A stretch of 64,000 nt of DNA from Octopus vulgaris. Its lineage: Eukaryota. Shown in pieces: positions 1 through 12,821 of the stretch. The notes beneath the pieces are model-generated. The model ran no database searches, was not told where the DNA came from, and worked only from the letters and a program-made list of their open reading frames with translations. The position numbers and the translations under genes are program-made. The stretch covers positions 25,668,001 to 25,732,000 of the forward strand of contig OX597839.1 in NCBI GenBank assembly GCA_951406725.2, given 5' to 3'. How positions within the stretch are numbered: the stretch's first letter is position 1; each line of letters begins with the position of its first letter.

Positions 1-18
1 ACAGAAACAGATAAAAGA

Positions 19-45
<27 letters not shown>

Positions 46-50
<5 letters not shown>

Positions 51-422
51 ATATAAACGGCAGTTTGTCTGTGCATTTTCTGTGTGTCTGTTAGGTTGTA
101 CCCTCACCCTGACCACGGCTTTCAACCGATTCTGATGAAACTTGACACACACATATCCCAATGTCATAATTCAAAACTAACACAGCGAAAATTTTGAAAA
201 GTTCCCCCAGTTCTGAAAAAAATCGATAAATTCGACATGGGGTCGAGAATCAGAAACCCAAACCACAGACCGTGTAGGGGACGCAACTCCACCTTTTTTA
301 ACTCTAAAAAAATTTACCATAATTTTTTTCCTTTTTTTTGCTATTTTTTGGCTATAACTCTCTAAAAATGCTTTATAGTTATTTCCCTTACAAACCTGAG
401 CAACGCCGGGCGATACTGCTAG
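46..422 (+). mobile_element. Non-autonomous Helitron
   Basis: Starts A|TCTCTATATAAACGGCAG, carries a CTGT/GT microsatellite, and ends with hairpin CCTGAGCAACGCCGGG followed by CTAG|T. No TSD. These are canonical Helitron termini. Confidence 0.8.
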
Positions 423-591
423 TATATATATACATACTAGCAGAGATACCCGACGTTGCCCGGTTACATTCAATTGAAAAATTAGACTTTTCTGTTATAT
501 ATATATATGGATACACACACACACACACACATATATATGTATATTAATATAAATACATGAAAGTACATGAAGTTTGTTAAAAAAGAGGGTA

Positions 592-3540
592 TCATGTATA
601 TACCTCCTGGCTGTTGAGATTATAACACCTCGTTGAAAACAATGTTCCTTGTTTTTCCTTGTGGAGCATATACAAAAAGGTTCTTTTGGTTCCTACTCTT
701 GAGCAGCCAACATACAGTTGCCCATGCGAGAAGCAGGGCTCTTCCAAGAGAAGACCAGCTACAGAGACGGTTTGACCTTGAGATTTATTAATGGACATGG
801 CAAAGCTGACACAAAGGGGGAATTACAGTCTTCTGAATGTAAATGGAATTTCTGCTCCTGATGGAGTAAGAGGAAATCTTGGAATAAAGACGTCATCAGC
901 TTTTCCACATCCAGAAAGAATGATCGCCTCGATAACGTGTGACATCATTTTCTTTATCACCAGTCGTGTTCCATTGCAAAGTCTTGGTGGTTCCAGATTG
1001 CGGAGTAGCTTTACAGGAGTTCCAACTTTAAGTGCTAATATGTGTGGAGGTAGTCCAGGAGGCTCTAGTGAATTGAGAAATTCAGGAGGATAGTTCACAA
1101 CTTCATTTATATCTGGAATTGTATCAACAGACTTGTAAGTGTGTATAGTGCCGGGAAGAGAATGCATTAGCTGTTGATTAATTTTGTTAACATCGACGTT
1201 TTTTGGAGCTGATATCGCTCTTTCACACAGCCAATTGTGATTTTGGTAGTTTTGTGTGAAGTTGGGAAAGACTTTGTTTTTGAGGTCATCTACAGAATTA
1301 ACAACAGAGGAAAATGACCACACTTCCATTTGTCCTGCAACATCGAGAGGCATCTTGCCTTCACCAAGTGTCAAAATGTCCTGTGCAAACTTTGTGGACA
1401 TTTTGTCACCGTGTAGCTGAGCTCTCATGTTAGTGGTGAGACTGAGGATTGTAACATGATGCTACAGGGTAGAGGACTTTAGGCATGCTTGGACTTCATC
1501 TGCTCTAGTGCCTTTCGAAATGACAGGAAGAGTTTGCCTGAAATCACCTGACAACAGAAGCGTTACACCTCCTATTGGAGCCTGACAGTCTCGGATGTCT
1601 TTCAGGGCTCTATCTAATGCTTCCAAAGCTCCCTTGTGAGCCATAGTGCACTCATCCCAGACAATTAGATGACACATTTTAAGTACTTGTCCCTGATCTG
1701 AGCTTTTGTTGATGTTGCATGAAGGCATTTCGGATGCTGCTAAATTGAGAGGGAGTTTAAAAGTTGAGTGTGCTGTCCTGCCACCGGGTAACAAAGTAGC
1801 TGCCATGCCAGAGGAGGCTACGGCTACTGCAATGTCCTGATACTGCGTAACTTCTGCAAGGAGAAGCTTTGTAATAAATGTTTTTCCTGTCCCTCCAGGA
1901 ACAAAGAGGAAGATTCATCCCTCGCGTTGGCGTACACTGTTAAGAATAGTTCTGTAGGCCTGCAGCTGGTCCGGAAGTAATTTAGGCTCATTTTCAACAA
2001 TGTATTTTGAAAGCGCTTGAGTGTCGTAGGTTGTTTCACGAATGACAGCAGTGGGAAGGCTATTTGACCCTGACCTGAATGCTTGTGGCAGGCCATACGT
2101 CAACAATTCATTTACACCCAGTTTAACAATTCTGTCTTCAATGTCAATGAGTGTTTTGTTATAGATTTCATTGCTGATACCCTCCATGTCAGGATAGAGC
2201 AGTTGAGCTTGACGCTGAAAGTCTTCAGCCAGGTTGTCTCTATATTTGAGCCATAGAGTGGCTGGATCACACAGTTCGCATGCCTGTAGTAATACTGCAA
2301 ATAGTGCCCTGAGACTTTTAGGGGATTGTGATAAAGCAGCTTCTCCTAAAGTTGCATCCCATTATGCACCATCTTCTAACAGAGCTTGTCGATAGCAGGC
2401 TTCTCTGTATGTTGTGCAGACATGTCCAAGAACGGTTTTTAGGGCCTGGAAAGACGTTGGCCCTCTGACCTCATGCAGTAGTAGACGAAGGTAGAAGCAC
2501 TCTCGTTGAGTGGGATGCACTGTGTATACTCGCCCAAGGCAAGTGTGAAACTTAATGCCAGGGTATCCATGAACATTTTGACCTGCTTTCCGTGGGGCCC
2601 ATTTTTTTCCACTCCAAGTGTAGTATGATGGAATCTGTGGATACAGCAAGGTTTGAGCGAATGGATCCACTTGACAAAGCTTGAAGAATGCAGTGAGTGT
2701 GCTATCCCTTGGTTCCTCTGCCAACAGAGAAGCATTAGCAACGGTGAAGTATACTCTTTGACCATTTTCCAGGTGCACTGCAAGCTGTTGAATGATGGGG
2801 GTGTCGTTGGTGAATTGGAAAGCCAAAGATGCGCCAGAAAGCCTCGTTGCTATTTATGTACCATCCCACCTGATAATGCGTCACCTCATCCTGGCAGTAT
2901 TCTTGTTGAAGTCCAAACATTGCAGCGTCAGAACCCTTGTTTACATATTTGCAAACGTACTTGATGGATTTAACGGAGTTGCAAAACTCAACATTGATGT
3001 GGGCATTGAAAGTCTTTGACAGGAGTGGGCAGTATGGAACAATCCATCTATTAACAATATTGTGCTGTCCGATAGTTGCTGTGAAACCTCCGTCTTCTGG
3101 TTTTCTGCGTCTGTATGACGGATACTCATCAGTACCTGTCTGAGTTTCTTGTAGAAATCTTTCTGAACATATGCTGTCCTTCAAGCATGGTGTGTTTATG
3201 TTAAATCCATGCCCACATGGACCATGTACCATGTTTGCTTTAACTATTTCGTATAGTTCTTTGTCTAAAGCTGGATCAGGAAGCTCTGCAGAGATTATCT
3301 TGTCGATGTCATTGGAATTGATCTTCGCTGAGAGCCAAAGCAGGTTATGAGCATGTGGAAGGCCCCTTTTTTGCCACTCGATTGTGTACATGTCACATTG
3401 TATGGGCCCAAAGACTTGCCCTTTTTGTATGAGTTCCATGAGAGAGATTAACTTCAGATGGAAAACTCGGGCGTTGAGATTCCGGTTCGAATGTAAGGCA
3501 GGTTTGAAAGTGTTCCCAGCAGTTATTAGTTGTAGTGGTA
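592..3540 (-). pseudogene. Helitron Rep/PIF1-helicase (RepHel) pseudogene
   Basis: ORF pieces carry HUH Rep motif 2 (YTIEWQKRGLPHAH), HGPCG and motif 3 (KYVCKYVNKG). PIF1 motifs follow: PGGTGKT, AATLLPGGRTAHSTFKLP, IVWDECTM, GDFRQTLPV, LCNGTRL, INKSQGQT, FSHGQLYVGCSRV. Split by stops and frameshifts; N-terminus missing. Confidence 0.95.
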
Positions 3541-3603
3541 GAGTGTTTATGCCGAATATGTACGTATGCATGTATACATATGTATGTATGCCTGTATATA
3601 TGT

Positions 3604-3740
3604 ACAAAATCCACTGAGAAGGCTTTTGTTGGTCTGAGGCTACAGCAGAAGACACATGCCAAGTCACCACACAGTGGGACTGAACTCAGGACCATGTGTT
3701 TGGAACATAGTTTGTTACCACACAGCCACACCTGCCCCTA
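3604..3740 (-). mobile_element. SINE family A, 5' fragment
   Basis: Diverged reverse complement of the family A tRNA-like head. Confidence 0.7.
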
Positions 3741-4789
3741 TGTATGTGTGTGTATGCGTATGTGTGTATGGGTAGATATATTATGCATGTATATATGTGT
3801 ATATATATATATATGTGTACATATTACATGTACATCTATATATAGACATCTACACATAAAATACAAAATACAAAGTTATATCTTGATATCGCTAGTGATA
3901 ACAATACTCAAAATATATAACAGACTGGAATTGTAGGCCTGTCTCTTACAATTTCGATCAATTGGATCTTGTCCTCCCTCTTGTATAGAAGTGTACGGCT
4001 GCAGCAAAATTCATTTTTGGACTTTCTTCTATCGAAGGCATTTTAACAAAAATGCTTCCGTAAAGACGGTGAGAATATTGTCAATTTTCCCAAACAGGGA
4101 CACAATTCAATTTTTAAACAATAACCAAAGCCCCTTCTCCGAAAGGGGGATGGTTACGGTTTACAATTATTTAACAAATGTAACACAACAACGTTTCCCT
4201 GACGAGGAACCAACAAACGTGATTACAATAGTCAAACAGTAATAATAACAACAAACCTTTTTAATGTATCCCCATTTATGTGAAACCACTTATTCAAGTT
4301 CAAGTCATTGATGCAATTTTATATGAATTGCTAATACACACACACACACACATAATAAGGGTGAAAAATTGAATATTAATTTGATTAATATGAATTGAAA
4401 ACCAGTGGTGTAGCATATAAGACCATAGCGGATCTTTTTCTAGCAAAAACGATGACCACTATTAATGGTTCATCCCTGTTATATGATACTTTCATTTTAA
4501 TAGTTTCAGTATTAAAACGAAAGTGGCTGCATAACAATAGAGAGATGTTTTTTGTTTCACTTTTAACACGTAATACTGAAATAGTGGAGACAATATGATA
4601 TTGCTGTGGGGTCACCCTAGGGAAAAAATTAACATTTTTTTTTGTCGATGACACTCCCCAGACCTTAAGTAAGGCATGTGTAAAATTTGAATGAAATTGG
4701 TTGTGTAGTTCTCAAGTTTTAGGGAAACACAGACAGACAGACACACATTCTCAGTTTTATATATATAGAGATATATATATATATTATGT

Positions 4790-5115
4790 GTTTCAGCCCA
4801 AAGGTTGTGGAGTTAGAGGTGGGGGGAAGGGTATCTTTTTTCTTCACAAATGTAAATAAACCCAATCTGTTTCTTAAAGGAGGGACATATTCATTAGGCA
4901 CAGAATGTTATTTACCTAAATGGAGGTCAGCGATTGGTTAAAATTGCCGAAATGCTCGAAATTAAAGACGAAATATGTTACAACATATAGAATTTCCTCA
5001 ATAAAGCCAAGAAAAAATTATGTTTTATAAACACATTCTACCAGTATACGAAGTTTAAGAGTGTTTAGTTAACTAGAAATTGTGTTGAAAACTGCTGTTC
5101 AAAAGGAAAAGATCC
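4790..5115 (+). mobile_element. Partial copy of the GGATC-TIR MITE
   Basis: Matches ~18930-19253 and ends in AAAACTGCTGTTCAAAAGGAAAAGATCC. Confidence 0.75.
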
Positions 5116-5397
5116 CAACCTCGTCCTTTACCAACATTGCCGTGAAGTCAATGTCATCGATTCTTCCATAAAAGAGTTGGACTAGTTTAGTCGTCAATGC
5201 CACCACCAATGAGGAAGTGTTCAGCAAAGAAGAAACTAAATTCTCGGACACGAGAGAAAACCAATGTTTACGACAGAGTGGTTTGCTGTCAATAAATAAA
5301 TACTGTAGGACAGCATAAAGCTATTAAGTCGACCCTCTGTGTATGTGCCAGGTATACAGGTAGAAACATCGCTCTTCCAGCTGTCGTCTGCCAATCA

Positions 5398-5970
5398 TTG
5401 TATGTATGTATGTATGCGTGTGTGTATGCATGTGTGTATGTATGTATGTATGTATGTGTGTGTGTGTGCGCGTGCGTGCATGTATGTATGTATGTATGTG
5501 TGTTTATGTGTGTTCATGTATGTATGTATGTATGTATGTATGTATGTGTGTGTATGTGTATGTATGTATGTATGTGTGTGTGTATGTATGTGTGTGTATG
5601 CATGTGTGTATGTATGTATGTATGTGTGTGTGTATGTATGTATGTGTGTATGTGTGTGTGTGTATGTATGTATGAGTGTGTGTATGTATGTATGTATGTA
5701 TGTGTGTGTATGTATGTGTGTGTATGTATGTGTGTGTGTATTTATGTATGTGTGTGTGTATTTATGTATGTGTGTGTGCATGTATGTATGTATGTATGTA
5801 TGTAAGTGCGTGTGTATTTATGTATGTATGTATGTATGTATGTATGTATTTATGTATGTATATATGCGTGCATGTATGTATGTATTTATGTATGTATGTA
5901 TGTGTGTGCGTGTATTTATGTTATGTATGTATATATGCGTGTATGTATGTATGCATGTATGTATGTATGT
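5398..5970. repeat. (TATG/TG)n microsatellite
   Basis: Directly visible. Confidence 0.95.
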
Positions 5971-6276
5971 AGCTTGGTGGTGGTGGTAAACAATCAGAAT
6001 ATCAATTTAGTGTTCAATATATCGGTGTAGCATCGGCTTTGATATTTATTGTTACTGAGTTGTAACTATGGAGGATGATGACGTTCACGGCTTCCCTCTC
6101 GGTTCAGCAGGTATTTGTTGGCTCGTTACGTCAGGTAGGTCACGTGTTTACGACACCCATAAAGAGATTACTAGTTCTTAGAATATATACATGTTCGATT
6201 CGATTTATTTCGATGAAACGTGCCAGGTCCCTGAGTGCAGGTATCAGTGGCCAGTAGTGGAGGTCATCTATAATCG

Positions 6277-7060
6277 GAGAGGAAGGGGGAGAGGAAGGGA
6301 GAGAGGAAGGGAGAGAGGAAGGGGGAGAGGAAGGGAGAGAGGAAGGGAGAGAGGAAGGGAGAGAGGAAGGGAGAGAGGAAGGGAGAGAGAGGAAGGGAGA
6401 GAGGAAGGGAGAGAGAGGAAGGGAGAGAGAGGAGAAGGAATGATAGACAGGGTCGGAGAGAAAGAGAAAGGGTGTGAATGAGACAGAGGGGAGAAGAGAG
6501 GAGGAGGGAGAGAAATGGCGAGAGAGAGAGAGAGAGAGGAAGGGAGAGAGGAAGGGAGAGAGGAAGGGGGAGATGAGGGAGAGAGAGGAGAACGAATGAT
6601 AGACAGGGTCGGAGAGAAAGAGAAAGGGTGTGAATGAGACAGAGGGGAGAAGAGAGGAGGAGGGAGAGAAATGGCGAGAGAGAGAGAGAGAGGAAGGGAG
6701 AGAGGAGGGAGAGAGAGGAGAAGGAATGATAGACAGGGTCGGAGAGAAAGAGAAAGGGTGTAAATGAGACAGAGGGGAGAAGAGAGGAGGAGGGAGAGAA
6801 ATGGCGAGAGAGAGAGAGAGGAGGCAAAGGGAGGGAGAGAGAGGAGGCAAAGGGAGGGAGAGAGAGGAGGCAAAGGGAGGGAGAGAAAGGAGAAGGAATG
6901 ATAGACAGGGTCAGAGAGAAAGAGAAGGGGAAGGGAGACAGGGATGGGGTATGAATGAGACAGAGGGGGAGAAGAGAGTAGGAGGGAGAGAGAGAAGAAG
7001 AAGAGGGGGAGAAGAGAGTAGGAGGGAGAGAGAGAAGAAGAAGAGGGACAGAGAGAGGCG
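6277..7060. repeat. GA-rich polypurine tract with ~130-150 bp higher-order repeats
   Basis: GAGGAAGGGAGA units, plus recurring GAATGATAGACAGGGTCGGAGAGAAAGAGAAAGGGTG blocks. Confidence 0.9.
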
Positions 7061-7355
7061 GTGGAAAGACGGAATCATTAGCGCTGCTAATTTTGCCTCT
7101 TTACGTTCTGAGTTCGAATCCTGCCAAAGGAAATAAACAGAAAAGAAAACGAGTTACGTTCGAATCATTAAACTTTTCTTTCCATTAAACTAATTGGATT
7201 AATTTTTGTGGCCAACTAACATCACTAATTACTCTGGATTCCGTTAAATGGTTAGGGTGTATGGCCCATGGTTGTAAGGTTGTGAAACGAGTTTGTTAAT
7301 CACGCGGCCATTCCTGGACTCACTTAGCAGTTCGGCAAAAGAAGCCGATAGAATA

Positions 7356-7957
7356 GGCGCAGGAGTGGCTGTGTGGTAAGTAGCTTGCTAACCAACCACA
7401 TGGTTCCGGGTTCAGTCCCGCTGCGTGGCACCTTGGGCAAGTGTCTTCTGCTATAGCCCAGGGCCGACTAATGCCTTGTGAGTGGATTTGGTAGACGGAA
7501 ACTGAAAGAAGCCCGTCGTATATATGTATATATATATATGTATATGTATGTATGTGTATGTGTGTGTGTGTTTGTCCCCCTAGCATTGCTTGACAACCGA
7601 TGCTGGTGTGTTTACGTCCCCGTCACTTAGCGGTTCGGCAAAAAGAGACCAATAGAATAAGTACTAGGCTTACAAAGAATAAGTCCCGGGGTCGATTTGC
7701 TTGACTAAAGGCGGTGCTCCAGTATGGCCGCAGTCAAATGACTGAAACAAGTAAAAGAGTAAAAGAGAGAGAGAGTAAAGAATAAGTACTGGGCTTACAA
7801 AGAATTAGGCCTGGGGTCGATTTGCTCGACTAAAGGCGGTGCTCCAGCATGGCCGCAGTCAAATGACTGAAACAAGTAAAAGAGTAAAAGAGAGAGAGAG
7901 TAAAGAATAAGTACTAGGCTTACAAAGAATTAGTCCTGGGGTCGATTTCTGCGACTA
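7356..7957 (+). mobile_element. tRNA-derived SINE family A with tandemly repeated 3' end
   Basis: Head GGCGCAGGAGTGGCTGTGTGGTAAG with B-box-like GGTTCAGTCCC, then CCTTGGGCAAGT core, internal TA/TG tract and (AGTAAAAG) tail. The 3' ~130 bp is repeated. Confidence 0.9.
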
Positions 7958-8204
7958 AAAAAAAAAAAGATCATTCAAGGCTGTGCACCAGTATGACCGC
8001 AGTCGACTGACTGGAACTATTTAAAGAATAAAAGAATAAAAGAATAAAAGAACACAGGCTGTTACCGAATTTATGGCATTTTAATTTCACAGTCTCAAAC
8101 TGGTTCCGAGTCTTGTGAGTTAAATGTAATTTAATTGGAGCTAAATGTCTGGCTTCTATCAAGTTTTGAGCGATGGACATGAAAATCAGAGCCAATATTC
8201 GTAG

Positions 8205-8595
8205 AGGAAGAAAGGAAGAGAGAGAGGGGAGAGAGAGAGAGATATAGAAAGAGAGAAGAGAAAGAGAGAAGAGAGAAGAAAGAGAGAAAAGAGGGAGAGA
8301 TATAGAGAGAAGAGAGAGAGAAAGAGGGGGGGAGAGAAAGAGAGAGAGAGAGATATAGAAAGAGAGAAGAGAAAGAGAGAAGAGAGAAAGAGAGAAAAGA
8401 GAGAGATATATAGAGAGAAGAGAGAGAGAGAAAGAGGGGGGAGAGAAAGAGAACGAGAGAAGAGAAAGAGAGAAGAGAGAGAGAAAGAGAGAAAGAGAAA
8501 AGAGAGAAAGAGAGAAAAGAGAGAAAGAGAGAGATAGAGAGAGAGAGAAAGAGAGAAAAGAGAGAAAGAAAGAGAGAAAAGAGAGATATAGAAAG

Positions 8596-8630
<35 letters not shown>
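8205..8630. repeat. (GA)n-rich tract
   Basis: Directly visible. Confidence 0.9.
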
Positions 8631-8634
<4 letters not shown>

Positions 8635-8992
8635 GCACGCACACACACGCACACAGAAAGAGAGAATTTATGTTTACACTCTGAAAATCAGTGTCGTTGT
8701 TTGTGTTATGTGACTTAGCGGTTGACAGAATAGAGATCAATACAATGAATAACTTTAAAATAACTTCAAAATTTTTAAATGCCATTGCTCCAGCATTGCC
8801 ACTGTCCAACGACAGAAATCAGTAAAAGACTGAGACACACACCACCACCACCACCGCCACCAAATCACAGACATTTCAAAATCACATTTTCTGTGGCCGT
8901 TTAATTAACACCTGCGAACTTTCATAATTACACAACTATTAATTACAGTTATAATTACACAATAAAAGTATTTATATATGATGTGGGTGGCG

Positions 8993-9380
8993 TTTACTCT
9001 TTACTCTTTTACTTGTTTCAGTCATTTGACTGTGGCCATGCTGGAGCACCGCCTTTAGTCGAGCAAATCGACCCCGGGACTTATTCTTTGTAAGCCCAGT
9101 ACTTATTCTCTTTTGCCGAACCGCTAAGTGACGGGGACGTAAACACACCAGCATCGGTTGTCAAGCAATGCTAGGGGGACAAACACAGACACACAAACAT
9201 ACACGCACACATACACATATATATACGACAGGCTTCTTTCAGTTTCCGTCTACCAAATCCACTCACAAGGCATTGGTCGGCCCGGGGCTATAGCAGAAGA
9301 CACTTGCCCAAGATGCCACGCAGTGGGACTGAACCCGGAACCATGTGGCTGGTTAGCAAGCTACTTACCACACAGCCACT
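8993..9380 (-). mobile_element. SINE family A
   Basis: Near full-length reverse-complement copy. Confidence 0.9.
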
Positions 9381-9384
9381 AGGA

Positions 9385-9590
9385 ATAGTCTCAAAATTTT
9401 GGTACAAGGTCAGCAATTTTGTGGGGAGGGGGTAAACCAATTACGTCGATCCCAGTGTTCAGCTGGTACTTATTTTATCGTCCCCCGAAAAAAAAAAAAT
9501 TTAAGGCAAAGTCAACCATGGCGAATTTGAACTCAGAACCTAAGGAATGTCGCTAAGCGTTTTGCCTAGCATGCTAACGATTCAGTCAAC
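9385..9590 (-). mobile_element. SINE family B (diverged)
   Basis: GGTACTTATTTTATCG...GGCAAAGTCAACC...TTTGAACTCAGAA motif. Confidence 0.7.
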
Positions 9591-9619
9591 ACGTCGTGTG
9601 TGTGTGTGTGTGTGTGTGT

Positions 9620-9985
9620 TTTATTTTATTTTCTTTGCTGGGGCATCGCCTTGAAGGGGTGAGTCGAACAAATCAACAACTACATAATTTTCAAGCCTGG
9701 TAGTTATTCTTTCAACCACTTTTGCTGAACTGCTAAGTCATCAGGACATAAACAAACAAAAGCCGGTTGTCAAGAGGTGCTGGGGGACAAACACAAACAT
9801 AAAGACACACACACACACACACACACACACGATGGACTTCTTTCAGTTTCCTTCAACCAAATCCTTTCGTAAGGCTTTGGTTGACCCAGGGGTGTAGTAG
9901 GAAGCACCTGCCGAAGTTGCTATGCAGTGGGACTGAACCCAAAGCGATGCCGGTGGGAAACAAACTCTTTACCACACGGCCACAT
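9620..9985 (-). mobile_element. SINE family A (diverged)
   Basis: Diverged reverse-complement copy. Confidence 0.7.
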
Positions 9986-10659
9986 CATGTGTGTTCGTGT
10001 CCCTACCCCCACCGCTTGACAACTAGTGTTGGTTTGTTTACGTCTTCGTAACCCAGCAGTTCGGCAAAAAGAGACCAATAGAATACACACCAGACTTGAA
10101 AAATAAGAACTGGAGTCACTAGCGTAACTGGAGTGTGTGCTGCCCGGGGCAGCTCTTCCTTTTGCCGCTCCCGGACCTCACAGAAAATCACATTGCCTAC
10201 AGCAGACCCAAAAATCCTCCCCTTTTAAAAGTACCGCCCGAGGCGTGAAATTTTTTTCCCACGAGAGTTCTGGACCCCAGTAAAGTACTCATTTGCATAC
10301 AGTCAATCAGAGCTCACCTTGAAAATCCACATAATGGGTACTACTACAGTACAACCAGTCGGGCATAGAATGGTGTATGCCACTCTGTGAGTACAGCATG
10401 GCAGGTCTTACATAAGCACCACCCTGCACTCCAACATCCTCATAAAACAATTGAGCACGTCTCTATATGGAGCTAACATTAGGTACCTATGTTCAGACTG
10501 GGTACATGCAGGGATACTGCATGTACCCATTGATATATGCACGAAGGCTGCAATACAACACAACGCCAAATTGATCAACACCAACATTTTAAATTAGGAA
10601 TGTACAAAATCAGTCAAAAAATTAGGGGACTACACTCGTTTACATTTTCTAGTAAATTA

Positions 10660-11169
10660 CCGTAAATCCTTGAGTATAATCCGCATTTTCCCCCCAAAAT
10701 TTAAAGGTCAAAATCCCTAGTGCGTACTATATACGAGGTTAAAAATGAAAATTATTTTCTAAGCAATGTCCGAGTCTATTTGCCGTCCGGCAATATTTAT
10801 TCAGATGCATTTTGTGATGTCAGGTGCGAAAATACCTTAAGCTAAGCCTGAAAGCAATGAAGTCATAAAAGAATCATCCATAACTTGCAGAAAGCAACAT
10901 TTATTAAATGTTATTACTGTTATTTCTTTATTTTCTGCAAACAAAATGCACAAAAAAGCTACACATTTGCATTATGTTATATATACAATAATAATAAAGG
11001 ACGTTACCATATACATTTTTACAAACCAAGGACGTTATATAGACCTCATTGGCTCAAGTTAGAGAAGGGGTGCGTATTATACACAAGGTTTAGGTTTTTC
11101 AGAGGTACGGTCCTCTAAAAATCCTCTGCGTATTATACTCAAAGGCGGACTATACTCGAGGATTTACGG
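10660..11169. mobile_element. Tc1/mariner-pogo-type MITE nested in the hAT element
   Basis: TA|CCGTAAATCCTTGAGTATAATCCGC ... GCGGACTATACTCGAGGATTTACGG|TA. Confidence 0.85.
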
Positions 11170-11485
11170 TACGCAAATTGGCAACACCTACGACATCATT
11201 AGTGAGCAGCTCTCCATTCACTTTATACATTAAATTTCACATCTGTCCAAATTTTTTTCCCACGAGAGTTCCGGACCCCAGTAAAGTACTCATTTGCATA
11301 CAGCCAATCAGAGCTCACCTTGAAAATCCACATAATGGGTACTACTACAGTACAGCCAGTCAGGTTTAGAACAGTTAGAGTTTGCTATAACACACATTTT
11401 CAACTGAACTCAACCAGAGTATTTTCATGACAAGATGAACAGCAATTTGATAGTTGAACTCTGATTGTATGTAAATGAGTTCATA

Positions 11486-12207
11486 ACTGGGGTCCGGAAC
11501 TCTCGTAGGAAAAAAATTTTTACACCGGGGTGGACCGACCACCCTTACCTAACTACGCTAGTGACTGGATGGGGTCCGGAACTCTCGTGGGAAAAAAATT
11601 TTACACCGGGGTGGACCGACCACCCTTACCTAACTACGCTAGTGACTGGATGGGGTCCGGAACTCTCGTGGGAAAAATTTTTTACACCGGGGTGGACCGA
11701 CCACCCTTACCTAACTACGCTAGTGACTGGATGGAGTCCGGAACTCTTGTGGGAAAAAAATTTTACACCGGGGTGGACCGACCACCCTTACCTAACTACG
11801 CTAGTGACTGGATGGGGTCCGGAACTCTCGTGGGAAAAATTTTTACACCGGGGTGGACCGACCACCCTTACCTAACTACGCTAGTGACTGGATGGGGTCC
11901 GGAACTCTCGTGGGAAAAAATTTTACACCGGGGTAGACCGACCACCCTTACCTAACTACGCTAGTGACTGGATGGGGTCCGGAACTCTCGTGGGAAAAAT
12001 TTTTACACCGGGTGGACCGACCACCCTTACCTAACTACGCTAGTGACTGGATGGGGTCCGGAACTCTCGTGGGAAAAAAATTTTACACCGGGGTGGACCG
12101 ACCACCCTTACCTAACTACGCTAGTGACTGGATGGGGTCCGGAACTCTTGTGGGAAAAAAATTTTACACCGGGGTGGACCGACCACCCTTACCTAACTAC
12201 GCTAGTG
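11486..12207. repeat. 9 x ~81-bp tandem array
   Basis: Unit ends at 11563, 11644, 11725, 11806, 11886, 11966, 12045, 12126 and 12207. No spacers. Confidence 0.95.
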
Positions 12208-12821
12208 ACTGGAGTCCATTTGCTCGACTAAAATCCTTCAAGGCGGCCTCTCGGCATCATCGCAGGCCAAATGACTGAAACCTGTAAAAGAATAAAAAAG
12301 AAAAACTACCTTTCTTACACCATTCTCCTCTCTTCTTTTCCCTTTCCCTCACCTACTTAATGGGTTAAAGGTCTAAACAACGTCAATTGTATGGAAGCCC
12401 ATTGCTATAGAATCGTGCCAGAATATAAATATAAACGATAGACATTCAAGGCTGTTAGACAACTTTCTACGAAACAAAACGGATATAATAAACCTACAGC
12501 CAAGTGCAACCACTGCTCCAGTATGGCTATACAAAGTGCAGGCACAAACTTGATTTGCAGCATTAAAAGAAAACTGCTCTGAGAATTATTTCCTCAAACT
12601 ATTTTATTCCTGACAAAAAACTAAACAAATATCAATAAGTGGGAATCAATATTTACTCCTTTCTCTTAAAAGAAAAAAGTAAATTTTCGTTTGGACGATT
12701 GAATGAATCTTTTTATACACACACACGTTAATGCTTGTTTCTGTGTCTAGTTATAAAAAAAATCAATTTGCTATTAAACTGAAGGATTATTCGATAATCT
12801 TTTGTAGATTATATATGTATT

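Larger units (their letters stand above)
437..4771 (-). mobile_element. Decayed autonomous Helitron (RepHel-bearing)
   Basis: Minus-strand 3' end CCGGGCAACGTCGGG...CTAG|T at 437. Candidate 5' end A|TCTCTATATATATAAAACTGAGAATG at 4771. RepHel remnants lie inside. That the 4771 end belongs to the same copy is inferred. Confidence 0.7.
10117..12207. mobile_element. Non-autonomous hAT-like DNA transposon
   Basis: TIR CACTAGCGTA / TACGCTAGTG with perfect 8-bp TSD ACTGGAGT (10109-10116 and 12208-12215). Internal ~120-bp direct repeat (10249 and 11250) whose start is inverted relative to the subterminal unit. Confidence 0.85.
9990..12295 (+). mobile_element. SINE family A 3' half, split by the hAT-like insertion
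   Basis: SINE sequence 9990-10116 resumes at 12208-12295 (ACTGGAGTCCATTTGCTCGACTAAA...). Confidence 0.8.

Noticed and set aside
592-3670. Functional Helitron transposase or host PIF1 gene
   Set aside because: Multiple stops and frameshifts without intron structure; N-terminal Rep motif 1 is missing.
9158-9382. Recurring small ORFs (…RLLSVSVYQIHSQG…, …FQSFDCGHAGAPP…) as a gene family
   Set aside because: They are incidental translations of SINE family A in various frames.
11486-12207. CRISPR-like array or repeat-protein ORF
   Set aside because: Units are identical end to end with no unique spacers and no cas genes. Frameshifting indels break the ORFs. Explained as an amplified transposon end.
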